Below, in pieces: positions 9,836 through 21,600 of a stretch of DNA of 64,000 nucleotides. The position numbers and the translations under genes were made by a program. The stretch is from Macrostomum hystrix (Eukaryota; Animalia; Platyhelminthes), in the NCBI GenBank assembly GCA_950097015.1, contig CATNEN010000029.1:62001-126000 (forward strand). Direction: 5' to 3'. Position 1 is the first letter of the stretch; every line of letters starts with the position of its first letter. The notes under the pieces are model-generated. The model worked only from the letters and a program-made list of their open reading frames with translations. It had not been told where the DNA came from and made no database searches.

Positions 9836-10091
9836 TGTTGTGTATTGACTGACTGAATGCTAATTTACGCATACTGCCACTATGAGTAGTGCAGTGAGGA
9901 AGCTAGTAGTTTCTAGAACCTTCTGTAGCCAGAATATTCTAGAACCTTCTATAGTCCGTGTTTTCTAGAACTTTCGATTTAACATATCAGCTACCTATAA
10001 ATATATGGACACAAAGCTATCACAAAAAGGATAACTGCTCAATTTGGAATCTGCCAACAAATCCGTTGTTCCCTTCGTTCACTACATAACA
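9836..10091 (+). repeat. 3' LTR (256 bp)
   Basis: Follows the polypurine tract directly; 254/256 identical to the 5' LTR. Confidence 0.96.
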
Positions 10092-12176
10092 AATATAACA
10101 GAATAACAGATAAAAGAATTTCATAACACAATAACTGAATTTCCCTGCTACTTTAGAGTACAAGCTTTCTTAGTTCTTAACAACTCATAACCATTACCTC
10201 ATATATCGATATTAATAGATTCTAATAGAGGTAGATTTTAATAATGAACTGTAAATACTTTAAAAAAAGGCAGTGACCCTATTTAGTAAGACTATCCATC
10301 CATATCAAGGTTATAAATAATCTGATAGATTTAGCAATAGATAAAGCAAAGGCTCTATTGGAGTTGCAACAATAACTATATACAGAATCATTCTGCCATG
10401 CCTAATATTGACAAGAAAAAAATAAATCCTGGATCCTGAATAAAGTCTTCCATTTAAATATTTCAAAGGTGAATGATCCAAACTAGTAAACTAGTAACTT
10501 GTAAACCAGAAACTAGTAAACAAATAAACTAGTAACTAGTAAACTATTAACTAAACTAGTAATTGTTTTAAAGCCATCTCATTGGAAACTTACTTTCCTA
10601 ACTAAGGCATGGTTAAAATGATTTTGTTATAGACAAAAAATAATTAATTTTTCTATTAGATACAATTCATTCTAATGAGTTCTAATGAGCAAAAACTAAA
10701 AACTGAATTGGGGTGGCCCACTCTCTTCACCCAGTATTCTAATAGTCTTGGCTGCAACATTGGGCTTCTCTATACTAGTGGTGATGGAGTACATTGCAGA
10801 TGACATGAATCACTTTCACAGTTCACAAGTTTCTGTTCTTTTAGCTAGCTTTATTAGGTCAGTAAGGGTAAGATAGTAACTAATCCTAAATCCAAGGCTT
10901 AATACAGCCTAATTAGTATACCAGCACTACCTAAGTATTCCATTCCCTTCTTATAGGCCTATGGGAATATGCAATAGATCTAGCTAGTTACAAGTAAGTT
11001 AGGCTAGCCTTTGGCAGGCTAGGCCCTATGGTTAGGCTAAAGCAAAGAAACAGACTAACTTCTGTCTGTATATTGGGATAGGCCCTACAAAATATTAGCA
11101 CAAAGTGTCAATTGAATATCAGAATATAGTTGGCAAGTTAACAGCAACTACATTTATTTTCCTATCATTAGTATGGGTAAAAAAGTAAATTTTTAAGGAA
11201 TTTAATTAACCTTCTTAAATATTAATTAGTTTTTAAAGCTTAGGCCTAAGACCTTTAAATATCTAAACATTCTTTGTAAAGAAATAGCTAGCAATTTTTT
11301 GCTATAGCTATCTATTGCTAGCTATATGACTAGGAGTTATAGCAAAGACATAAAGTAAAAATATGAATACTAGAGTGTATGTATTATGGTATATCGAGAT
11401 AACAATAAAACTGAAATACAGCTAACTTGAATTTTTTTGCTTTAGCAAGATTTTTAGTGTGTAGGCCTTAATTCTCAAGAATAAAATTTTTACTGAAGTT
11501 AGGGCCTAAGGCTTGGATCAGGGGTTGACAAACTCTAGCCAACAAGGGCATCTTTTTCTGTTCTGGCCAGCATCTTTTGCAATCCCTAAATGTGAGGCCT
11601 GATGTGGCCCACAAACTGATTTCACAAACTCTCCTATTATCTAGGCTGGGAAAAGAAAGCTTTTCTTTTCTAGTCTCCAAGCCAACATACAAAACAATGA
11701 CTTATTTCAGTAGTTATCCCATCTGTTCCATGCATGCATGTACGAGTAGACATAGACATGTATATGTAGACATGTAAATTGTGATCGTGATTGTGATTGT
11801 AAATTGTGACGTGTAAATCACAAGATAGATCGTGTGATGCATGCATACATGTACACTTGTGTGAGACAAAATTTGGCAGATCGTAAATTACTCTACTCTC
11901 ATTGGATCCGCCACCTAAGACAATTACCTTTGTATTGCTTCCGCTTGAATTTGTGTGCTAAGGGTATAGCTGACGAAGTGACCAATTCTATATGGGTCTC
12001 CCGTTTGGCTAGTTGACGAAGTGACCAACTATCGAAGTCATTTTACAAAACCCTAGTTGACGAAGTGGCTGTTGACGAAATGACTAGGATCCAAATAAAA
12101 TGTTGTGTGCAAATTATTTTGACCCGCTCCTGAATTTTATTTGCTGAACAAATAAGTCGACTCGTCTGTTGGCAGA

Positions 12177-12188
12177 CAAGATGGCGGC
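12177..12188 (+). promoter_or_regulatory. YY1-type motif CAAGATGGCGGC about 1.07 kb upstream of the SARAF ATG
   Basis: Exact match to the YY1 consensus in a GC-richer patch; function not demonstrable from sequence. Confidence 0.3.
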
Positions 12189-13250
12189 AGACGAAGAGAC
12201 TGGAACCCTTTTTAACATTACCTAGGCCTAAAGTGGCGAAATACTTCTTGGTAATCAGTGGCGCAAGAGCAGGCCAATCAAGACATGTGTCAGAAACTTC
12301 TATATAAAGAAATTATAGCTAGTCAGTTTCAGTTAGTAATTTCCATGAACCAAAGCATTCATGGTTTTGGTTTGATTCATTCAAAAAATGTGTTGATTGA
12401 AACAAATATTTTAGTAGTTACTGTGTATATGCAATAAAAAGTAACTAATGAGCCGAAATAAAATAGCAAAGTAAATATTTTAAATGATTAAAGGTCAAAT
12501 ACTTAAAAGGCATTGTTGTTTAACGGTGTCAAAGCATAGCAAACACAAACTGCAGCCAAATCAACAAAAGTGAGTTGTTAGAAAATTGCCCGTCTGCCAA
12601 TGCATCAAAATCAATGAAATAAATAGTATTGCTGATACGTCGTAAGTAGTTTTTTATCTCTGCATTATCACCCTTGAACTTTTGACTATTATAATCGTCT
12701 ACGACTCTGCAATAAACTACAGTCATTGTTATAAAAAAGTTCCATGCTATTTAACATAAATGTTTTCATTTTTATTCTACATTCGTAATTTATTTTCATC
12801 TGACTGAATTTTTTACAACTTGCAACCTGTTGTGAGGTAATTTTCAGTTTTGCTTTTTATGTATGTAATGCATTATTATGCATAAAATGTATACGTAAGG
12901 CCAGTAATTATTCAACTGAGATTAAATAAAAATTTTTATTAGCTGACTTAGTTCACAAATCAAAAGTCTCTTGCTGTTGGGCTACAAATGAGTTGCTTCG
13001 GCCTTGACTCACAACTGTTTTGACATATACTCGTTATGATCGTTTGAAACAGCGTCATTGAAAAATTTAAATGCTTTAAGTTATCATTTTTTTGTTTCCG
13101 CTATACATATGTGTAATAACAATTAACTCGTAAAATTCGCTGCAAAAAACGGAATATATAGATACCATAAGATTCAACGCTTCATAGCCTATAGAAGAAC
13201 CGACAGGTTATAAAATCACCTCTCAAACTTTAGCCACAAATTTCTTTACC

Positions 13251-15018
13251 ATGTGGCTCTCCTTTGCTTTTATCGTTTGGTTTGCATTCTTAGAAAATGG
13301 ATGTTGTCAACAGACACAGCAAAAAGTGCTCTTGTCATCAGTGAGTACGATTACACTTCGGGAAGGTCAATTTACCACAGGTCGTCGCTTGGCACCAGTA
13401 CCACAATTGCGATGTGTATCTGGATCAGCTCCTTGTAATGCTCTTCCATCAGTTGTTCAATGTTACAACAAAGGATCTGATGGATTAACAATTCAGTGGA
13501 GATGTGAGGCGCAGATGTCAAAGCGTGTGATGTTTGACGTCATCCAGGTTAGTTATCTTTGTAACTTTGCAAATATACTATTTGTATATTATCTGTGGAC
13601 AATTCAGAAGCTAACCTGTAATGCAGTTTTATTTTCTAATGAGCCTTTTTGTAAATAAAATATAGATAATTGTTTTGTAGATGATAATACTAATATATTA
13701 AGTTTACTGGATTTGCTCACTCTTTGTTTTTTTTATTTAAAAAGGCAATTATTCTTTTCTATATATATTTAACCTAATACCTAAGGCCAGGGTGAAAATA
13801 GTATAAAAATATTTAAAAATTTTTTGTTAATATTTTTAAAATATATAAGTGAGACAAATTTTAAAGAGATAAAAATGTGTTTAATTAAGTAGTAAAATAG
13901 TATAATACAAAGTATATTAGCTACAAATAATTTCTGCAGGTGAGCTGCGAAGGCTACGAGAGTCCAAACGATCCCTACATACTGGTTGGATCCTGCGGCC
14001 TTACCTATTCTCTTCGACCTTCTGGCCGACGTCGCCACAACCGGCCGCATGGCCTGCACCATTCCAAGCATCTGTTCCGCCGCATTCACGCTGTCAATCC
14101 TATGGTCAGCATCCTCACCGGCATGCTGGCATTCCTAGTGGTGGTGGCCCTGTTGGGCCTGGTGTTCAGACTATTCCGCTCCAGGCGGCACAGGTATCAC
14201 CGCGTCTATACTGCCGAGGAGGGGCCGCCGCCGCCGCAGCCGCCCTATGGCTATCATCACGGTGCTGGTGTTGCTGGTGGCAGCAGTGGGCCCGGCTTTT
14301 GGACAGGTGAGAACTACTCGGTGGTAGTAGTAGTAGTACTGCTATCTGTTAGTAATCCACGTAAATCTACTCTCTAATTTGTCAGTAATTCACATAGATC
14401 TACTCTAATCTGCCAGTAATCCATGCAGATCTACTATAATCTACTCTAATATGTCGGTAATCCACGTAGATCTACCCTCTAATCTGTCGGTAATCCACGT
14501 TGATCTGCTCTCTCGCCTGTCAGTAATCCTCGTAGATCTACATTAATCTGTGATTAATATGTTATTTAATGCTCGCAGATCTACATCAATCTGTCATTTA
14601 TCCCCGTAGATCTACATCAATCTGTCATTTATCCCCGTAGATCTACATCAATCTGTCATTTATCCACGTCGATCTACATTTATCTGTCGGTGATCCACGT
14701 AGATCTGCTCTCTCGCCTGTCAGTAATCCACGTAATAATCCTCTCTAATGTGTCAGTAATCTATGATTTACAATAATGTATAAGTTACAAGCAAGCGCAT
14801 GCCGCATCCATTCCGACATCAAAGGCGCCGCCATGGGTGGCATGGCGGGCTACATGATGGGCTCGGCGGCTTCGGGCCCGCATTACTACGGGGGCCATTC
14901 GGCGCCCTGCGAGGTGGCCTACGAGTCGGACTTTGTCGTCGACGGAGGCGGCGGAGGCGCCTTCTCTGACGACGATATCGGAGATGCTGTTGGATTCGGA
15001 TCGGGCTGGAATCGCTAG
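13251..15018 (+). CDS. SARAF: Store-operated calcium entry-associated regulatory factor (TMEM66), join(13251..13547,13940..14306,14825..15018), 285 aa
   Basis: Signal peptide, then KVLL...TTGRR.APVPQLRC...VVQCYNKGSDG..IQWRCEA...V|SCEGYESPNDPYILVGSCGLTYSL, one TM helix and GFWTG|AAMGG..GY. GT-AG introns have consistent phases (0, 1). Confidence 0.93.
14345..14765. repeat. Degenerate tandem repeat (GTAATCCACGTAGATCTAC core) filling SARAF intron 2
   Basis: Recurring TAATCC.CGTAGATCTAC...ATCTGTC blocks. Confidence 0.75.
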
Positions 15019-15322
15019 AGGATAATTTTGGAAATTGCGCCATTGGAGTTTAAATTTTCTTGCATAACTGAGAATGGCAACTTAAGCAGTGTTTCAGAAA
15101 ATCGTTAGACGAGTTTGATGACACGGGATTGTCTTGAAATCGAAATCGTTTTCGATTGCACTTAGGCGTTGTAATCGTAGTGTTACGTAATCAATCTCTT
15201 CATTGTAACAGCTGTCTCTGTTGTACAACTAATGCGAAATCGCTTTTTGACAAAACACCTGCCGCCTGAATTTCTGACACTGGATTCTGACTTGAAACGA
15301 CTCAATCATATCCGAATTTACA

Positions 15323-15441
15323 GTCACGTGACTGTTGTGGCCGGCCCTCAGGTCACGTGACAGACCAATATTAGCCGTACTCAATTTCTTTAAATATCTG
15401 CGCTTTCATTTTTTTTGTTGGCGCTCGCTTAGTCACGTGAC
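15323..15441. promoter_or_regulatory. Cluster of three GTCACGTGAC palindromes (CLEAR/E-box type) at 15323, 15352 and 15432
   Basis: Three exact 10-bp palindromes in 120 bp; a fourth at 18477. May instead be a transposon motif. Confidence 0.45.
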
Positions 15442-16036
15442 CTAAAATGAAAACCTCTCACCAGATAGTGAATCTTTGTTTGAAGAATCTGTCCACATAG
15501 TTTTTGTTTTAATCATCACTTTTTAGATCAATCAGTTAACCAGCTCAGCCAAATATGATTTTGATTAATTTTCTGGCAGTTAAAAATTAAAAAATCAGTA
15601 CTAGATGTATAATAATCGTATTTCAATCATTATGTTTTCTGCTATTTGGAATACAGATTTCTGCCCTTTTGCTCTGCTTCGCTTTTTGTTTTGTTGCGTA
15701 TTTTCATTACCTTAGTACGCTAGCCACTTTCAGAGTTTTAAGAATATTTTAACACTGCACTTACTTAACTGTTTTCTTTTCAAAATCAAACAACAGACAA
15801 GGGATTCCTTAATTTCTTCTTTTTATCCTAATTTACGGAACGGCTTTTTTCTTTGTGATGCTAGGTGTGCTGTCGAAATAAAAACAGTTGCTATTGTGAG
15901 TGTTGTATTTTTTCAATTGTTGAATGTCCAGCGGACTCTTTGTTAATCTGTCTATCGAAAGCATGCTTTCGCGAATTCTAGAGAAAAAACAGTAAGAAAG
16001 GTTGAAAAATTGGCAATAATTGCATTCCGTCAACCC

Positions 16037-16612
16037 GGATTCGGCTAATTAAGATTGAATAAATCAGGATTCAACCAATAAGGATTCAACCAATCAGGAT
16101 TCAACCAAAAAGGATTCTACGAATCAGGATTTAACCAATAAGGATTCCACGAATCCGGACTTAACCAATAAGGATTCCACGAATCAGGATTTAACCAATA
16201 AGGATTCCACGAATCCGGACTTAAACAATAAGGATTCCACGAATCAGGATTTAACCAATAAGGATTCCACGAATCCGGACTTAACCAATAAGGATTCCAC
16301 GAATCAGGATTTAACCAATAAGGATTCCACGAATCCGGACTTAAACAATAAGGATTCCACGAATCAGGATTTAACCAATAAGGATTCCACGAATCCGGAC
16401 TTAACCAATAAGGATTCCACGAATCAGGATTTAACCAATAAGGATTCCACGAATCAGGACTTAACCAATAAGGATTCCACGAATCCGGACTTAACCAATA
16501 AGGATTCCACGAATCCGGACTTAACCAATAAGGATTCCACGAATCAGGACTTAACCAATAAGCATTCCACGAATCAGGATTTAACCAATTAGGATTAGAC
16601 TAATCAGGAATC
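16037..16612. repeat. Minisatellite, 30-bp unit AGGATTCCACGAATC(A/C)GGA(T/C)TTAACCAATA (dimer of 15-bp halves)
   Basis: Direct periodicity. Confidence 0.93.
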
Positions 16613-16699
16613 GACCCTCTAGGAGTTGCAATCGAAGAAAATATAAAAACAGATAATATTTTATAGCCCATAACTTTCAGTTATTCAGTTCTCATAAGC

Positions 16700-16835
16700 C
16701 CTAGGCAATGCTGGCACTCAAGGGGAAGCAATGGGGATTTAAGCTGCCTGACTCAAGGACTTAAACTGTCCCCTTTTAGACTGCAATTCCAACTCCCGAC
16801 CTCTTGGTCTGAAGTCCGATCATCTGCGCTAAACT
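16700..16835 (-). mobile_element. Degenerate tRNA-derived SINE-like fragment
   Basis: Minus strand has A-box-like TAGCGCAGATG (16831-16821) and a decayed B-box GAGTTGGAATTG. Shares AATGCTGG and GAAGCAATG blocks with the copy at about 54.4 kb. Confidence 0.35.
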
Positions 16836-17218
16836 TAAACATTAATACAAAATACTCGTACATGAAAACATGTTTTTTTGCAAAATGACTGTGAGACAAA
16901 TATTTCAATTAATGCAATTAGAAAAGAACTTGTTGAACAACACAAAAACAAATTCTGAATATATTTTCCATACAGATAGAAGCTCTGTACAACTGCACGC
17001 AATACAATTCTGCCATGATCCATAAAATGATATCGACACGAACGCTGACACAAATAATTATACACTTGTATTATAGTTAACACATAATTAACTACGAGCT
17101 AAGTTTCTTAGAATAAATAACACGATAATACAATGTAGATATCATCACAGACCAATGGAATATAAGTGAAGTGGAGTTAGGAAACAGAAAAAACATGAAG
17201 TTATAGATTCCGAGTCCT

Positions 17219-17990
17219 AATCTATAGACACTCAACTAGTTTGGGAGAATCTATAGACACTCAACTAGTTTGGGAGATGGGAGAATCTATAGACACTTAA
17301 CTAGTTTGGGAGAATCTATAGACACTCAACTAGTTTGGGAGATGGGAGAATCTATAGACACTCAACTAGTTTGGGAGAATCTATAGACACTCAACTAGTT
17401 TGGGAGAATCTATAGACACTCAACTAGTTTGGGAGAATCTATAGACACTCAACTAGTTTGGGAGAATCTATAGACACTCAACTAGTTTGGGAGAATCTAT
17501 AGACACTCAACTAGTTTGGGAGATGGGAGAATCTATATACTCAACTATAGTTTGGGAGATGGGAGAATCTATATACTCAACTATAGTTTGGGAGATGGGA
17601 GAATCTATAGACACTCAACTAGTTTGGGAGATGGGAGAATCTATATACTCAACTATAGTTTGGGAGATGGGAAAATCTATATACTCAACTATAGTTTAGG
17701 AGATGGGAGAATCTATATACTTAACTAGTTTGGGAGAATCTATAGACACTCAACTAGTTTGGGAGAATCTATAGACACTCAACTAGTTTGGGAGAATCTA
17801 TAGACACTCAACTAGTTTGGGAGAATCTATAGACACTCAACTAGTTTGGGAGAATCTATAGACACTCAACTAGTTTGGGAGAATCTATAGACACTCAACT
17901 AGTTTGGGAGAATCTATAGACACTCAACTAGTTTGGGAGAATCTATAGACACTCAACTAGTTTGGGAGATGGGAGAATCTATAGACACTC
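17219..17990. repeat. Minisatellite, 29-bp unit TTTGGGAGAATCTATAGACACTCAACTAG with 36-bp variants
   Basis: Direct periodicity. Confidence 0.93.
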
Positions 17991-18474
17991 ACATAGATAC
18001 TCACATACAGCAAAACTGCAAATCCTCAATGGCGACTACAGTAAGGCCTAGAAACAGAACAGAAAGCAAGCAAAGAAGAAATGCGCGACATAGTATCAAA
18101 ACGACAATGAAAGCGACTAATAAAATAGAACTTTTGTTGCCAGGCGACAGTGTATTCACGCAATTCTAGATTCAGTAATTATTAAGTGAGTCTCTCAGCC
18201 TCATTGCACTATAGATGTGTGAGCGAATATTAAACACAGTTTGGAGCCAACCTGCTGGTCGAGAAAAGGACAAATGAGCTACTTATCAGTAATAGTTTCT
18301 TACAGGTTTTGATTAACAAAAAACTAAATAATACACCAAAGACGAACAGGTAGGAAACTACACAATAAGAGACAGCTGAATTGAAGAAACACAAATACGA
18401 CTTTAAAATATTGGTCCAAAATATTCAGGGGTTTTGGAAAATATCACAGAGAACGCAAAAAATCTGTGCCAAAC

Positions 18475-18633
18475 GAGTCACGTGACTAATAGGGATGACT
18501 CACTAGGAGATTCCGCCTAACCCTCGTTGGGTAGTTCAGTTATTAACCAGCTGGTGAGTCGCGTGACTGATAGGGATGACTCACTAGGAGATTCCACCTA
18601 ACCCTAGTTGGGTAGTTTAGTTATTAACCAGCT
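18475..18633. repeat. Two-copy direct repeat (78 bp, period 81) immediately 3' of the KEAP1 stop codon
   Basis: 18475-18552 and 18556-18633 align with about 5 substitutions. Confidence 0.9.
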
Positions 18634-18637
18634 ACAG

Positions 18638-21600
18638 CTACACCGAGGGTGCCACACCCAGGCAGACACCATGGCCGCTCTTGCCGCAGGTCATGGGTTC
18701 GCGCTCAATCCAGGTATCTGTGCGCGGACAGTAGACCTCGACAGAGGACACAAATTCGTAGCCGTCGTAGCCACCGAATACCCAAACGCAGTCGTCAACG
18801 GCGACAGCTGCTAGGGCGCTACGTGGTCGCAGCATAGGGGCGCAGGGCTGCCACTGGTTGGCCTCGGTGTCCAATCGTTCAACTGTGCGCAATTGTTGAC
18901 GCGAGTCGTAGCCGCCGATGGCGTAGATATACTTGCCAACGGCGACTACACCGGCGCCGCTGCGGGGTTGCGTCATGGCGGCGGCCGGCTCCCAACGATC
19001 GTCTTCCGGCCAGTAGCGCTCAACCGAGCTCAACCTTTGGCAGCCGTCGAAGCCGCCGACGGCGTACAGAAGACGATCGACGACTGCAACGCCAAGGCCG
19101 ATGCGAGCCTGGCGCATTGGGGCGATCGGTAGCCACTGGTCCGAGTCGGGATCATACCTGCGATGGAAAGGTTAATGAGCAGGGCGAGTTATTGGGGATT
19201 TGCGAGGGAATAGCTTCTCGTTAGGGATCTGGGATACTCGTTGTGGATCTGGGATACTCGTTGGGGATCTGGGATACTCGTTGGGAATCTGGAATACTCG
19301 TTGTGGATCTGGGATACTCGTTGGGAATCTGAGATACTCGTTGGGGATCTGGGATACTCGTTGTGGATCTGGGATACTCGTTGTGGATCTGGGATACTCG
19401 TTGGGAATCTGGGATACTCGTTGTGGATCTGGGATACTCGTTGGGAATCTGGGATACTCGTTGAGAATCTGGGATACTCGTTGGGAATCTGGGATACTCG
19501 TTGGGGATCTGGGATACTTTTGGGGATATGGGATCCTAACTGAGGATCTGGAATCTGTGGGGTTAGCTACTTTAGTGGGGATCTGGGGGGATAACAAGGA
19601 AGGGAAGGTTCACCTCTCGGCGCTGCAGTGGGACTGCGACTGGGAGGCACCGCCGACCGCGTAGATTTTGTCGTCGATAACGCCGACGGCGACGCGGTTG
19701 CGCGACACGGACATTGGGGCGCAGCGATGCCAGCGAGAAGAAGAAGCCGCAGCGCCGGAGCCGGAGCCGCTACCGCAGCCGGCAGACAGGGAGGAGGGAT
19801 CGAAGACTTCCAGACAGGCGGCGTCCGAGTTGCCGCTCTCGTGGTTATTTCGGCCCCCTATTAAATAGACGCATCCGCGTACAGACACAGCGGCCAGGCC
19901 GGATCTGGGATTAGCCAAATCCGGCAGCCGCTCCCAGCGCATTGTGTCCAAGCTGAGGCATTCGAAGGTGCGCAGTGAATAGCGATAATAACCGCCGGCT
20001 GCGTAGATGACGGAGTTCAGAGGCGACTGACGCCTATTTGGATCTACGCGGCGATGCGATAGCAGGCTGGCGTGCGCCGACGCCAGCAAATCGCGAGCTC
20101 GCGGCTGTTCGCGGAGCAGAGCGCAATTGCGCAATTGACGATCGATAAAGTCGGGCGATAGGGCGTGACAACGGACCAGTGCTAGCAGGTCTGGCAGCAG
20201 CGGCGACCTGCCCGCGAAGGATCAACAGAAACTAAGTTAATAGTCTTTTCTAAGAAACTTTTTATATATTTATTATTTCTAAAAACAGTTTCCGTTTTTG
20301 TCTAAGAAACTGTCTTATAAATTTTTTAAAGAAACAGTTCATGTCCTTTTTAGGAGATAATTAATGATTTATTAGAAGGGCTTAGTGATATTGATAGTTA
20401 TATTATACATAAGTAACATTTTAAAACCTCTTCTAAGAAATCATTGATGTCCTTATCCAAGAGACAATATATGATTCTTTCTATGAAACAATTAATTCTG
20501 ACTTTTTCAAAAAAAAACTGTTTGATTTGGGAGATCCAGGCTCAGTGATTCCAAGGTAAACGGAAATTCGCACGCAATTTTATTAGCTATTGAACAAACC
20601 TGGCAGCCCTGTTGTGGTGCACCCATCGCACTAAAGCGCTAAAAACGTCAGCCTCCGTGCGCACGTGCAGCCGGTCGCAGGCCAGAATGCGAGCCAGAGA
20701 TCTGTCGGACAGTTCCAGAAATTCTTCGTGCCCAGCCAGCTCGCAGAAGTGTCGCTCAATAAAACTGTCTGCTTCTCGAGCCAAATCAGTGGCGCCGTGG
20801 GTGACGGCAAACTGGTGAATGCCCAGACAGTTGGTCGGGTGCAGCTGGGCCAGCAGATACTGACAGCAGGCCCGGGTGACGCAGGCCAGCTGCAGCATGG
20901 TTGCCGCCGGTAGCAAGTCGCACACATTTGAAGGCGTCAGCCGGACTTCGCCGGTGTAGATGAAGCTTAGAAGCTGCCGGAGTACGGAAGCTTTGACGCC
21001 GTGGAGACGGACCTGGGATTTTGTAAGATTTTCCATTCATTCGAATTATCATGGTTGTTTTTTCAATGACTTGGATTTCCCTGAAAGCTCGAAGCGTCGA
21101 TAGGTTTTCCCAGTAGCTATCGAGATTTTCCAGAAACTTTGAAGCGTCCTTGACGTTTTTTCTAGTAGCTATCAGGAATTCCCCGAAGGCTCAAAGCTTT
21201 CCAGTAGCTATCGGGATCTGGATTTTCGCGAAGTTTCGAAGCGTCCTAGTGGTTTTCCAGTAGCTATCGGGAATTCCCGAAAGTTCGAAGCGTCCATGAC
21301 CCTGTCCAGTAGCTATCGGGAATTCCCTGAAGGCTCGAAGCGTCCTTGAGGCTTTCCAGTAGCTATCGGGAATTCCCGAAAGTTCGAAGCGTCCATGACC
21401 CTGTCCAGTAGCTATCGGGAATTCCCTGAAGGCTCGAAGCGTCCTTGAGGCTTTCCAGTAGCTATCGGGAATTCCCGAAAGTTCGAAGCGTCCTTGAGCC
21501 TTTCCAGTAGCTATCGGGAATTCCCTGAAGGCTCGAAGCGTCCTTGAGGCTTTCCAGTAGCTATCGGGAATTCCCTGAAGGCTCGAAGCGTCCTTGAGCC

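Larger units (their letters stand above)
5576..10091 (+). mobile_element. Full-length Ty3/Gypsy LTR retrotransposon, Mag-like, about 4.5 kb
   Basis: Two 256-bp LTRs (5576-5831 and 9836-10091; TGTTG...TAACA; 2 mismatches). PBS at 5834-5848. PPT GGAGAGGGGGAAGA at 9822-9835. Single gag-pol ORF. 5-bp flanks AATGT/AATAT (TSD with one mismatch). Confidence 0.97.

Noticed and set aside
18497-18590. Antioxidant response element near KEAP1
   Set aside because: TGACTCACT lacks the GC required for the TGACnnnGC consensus.
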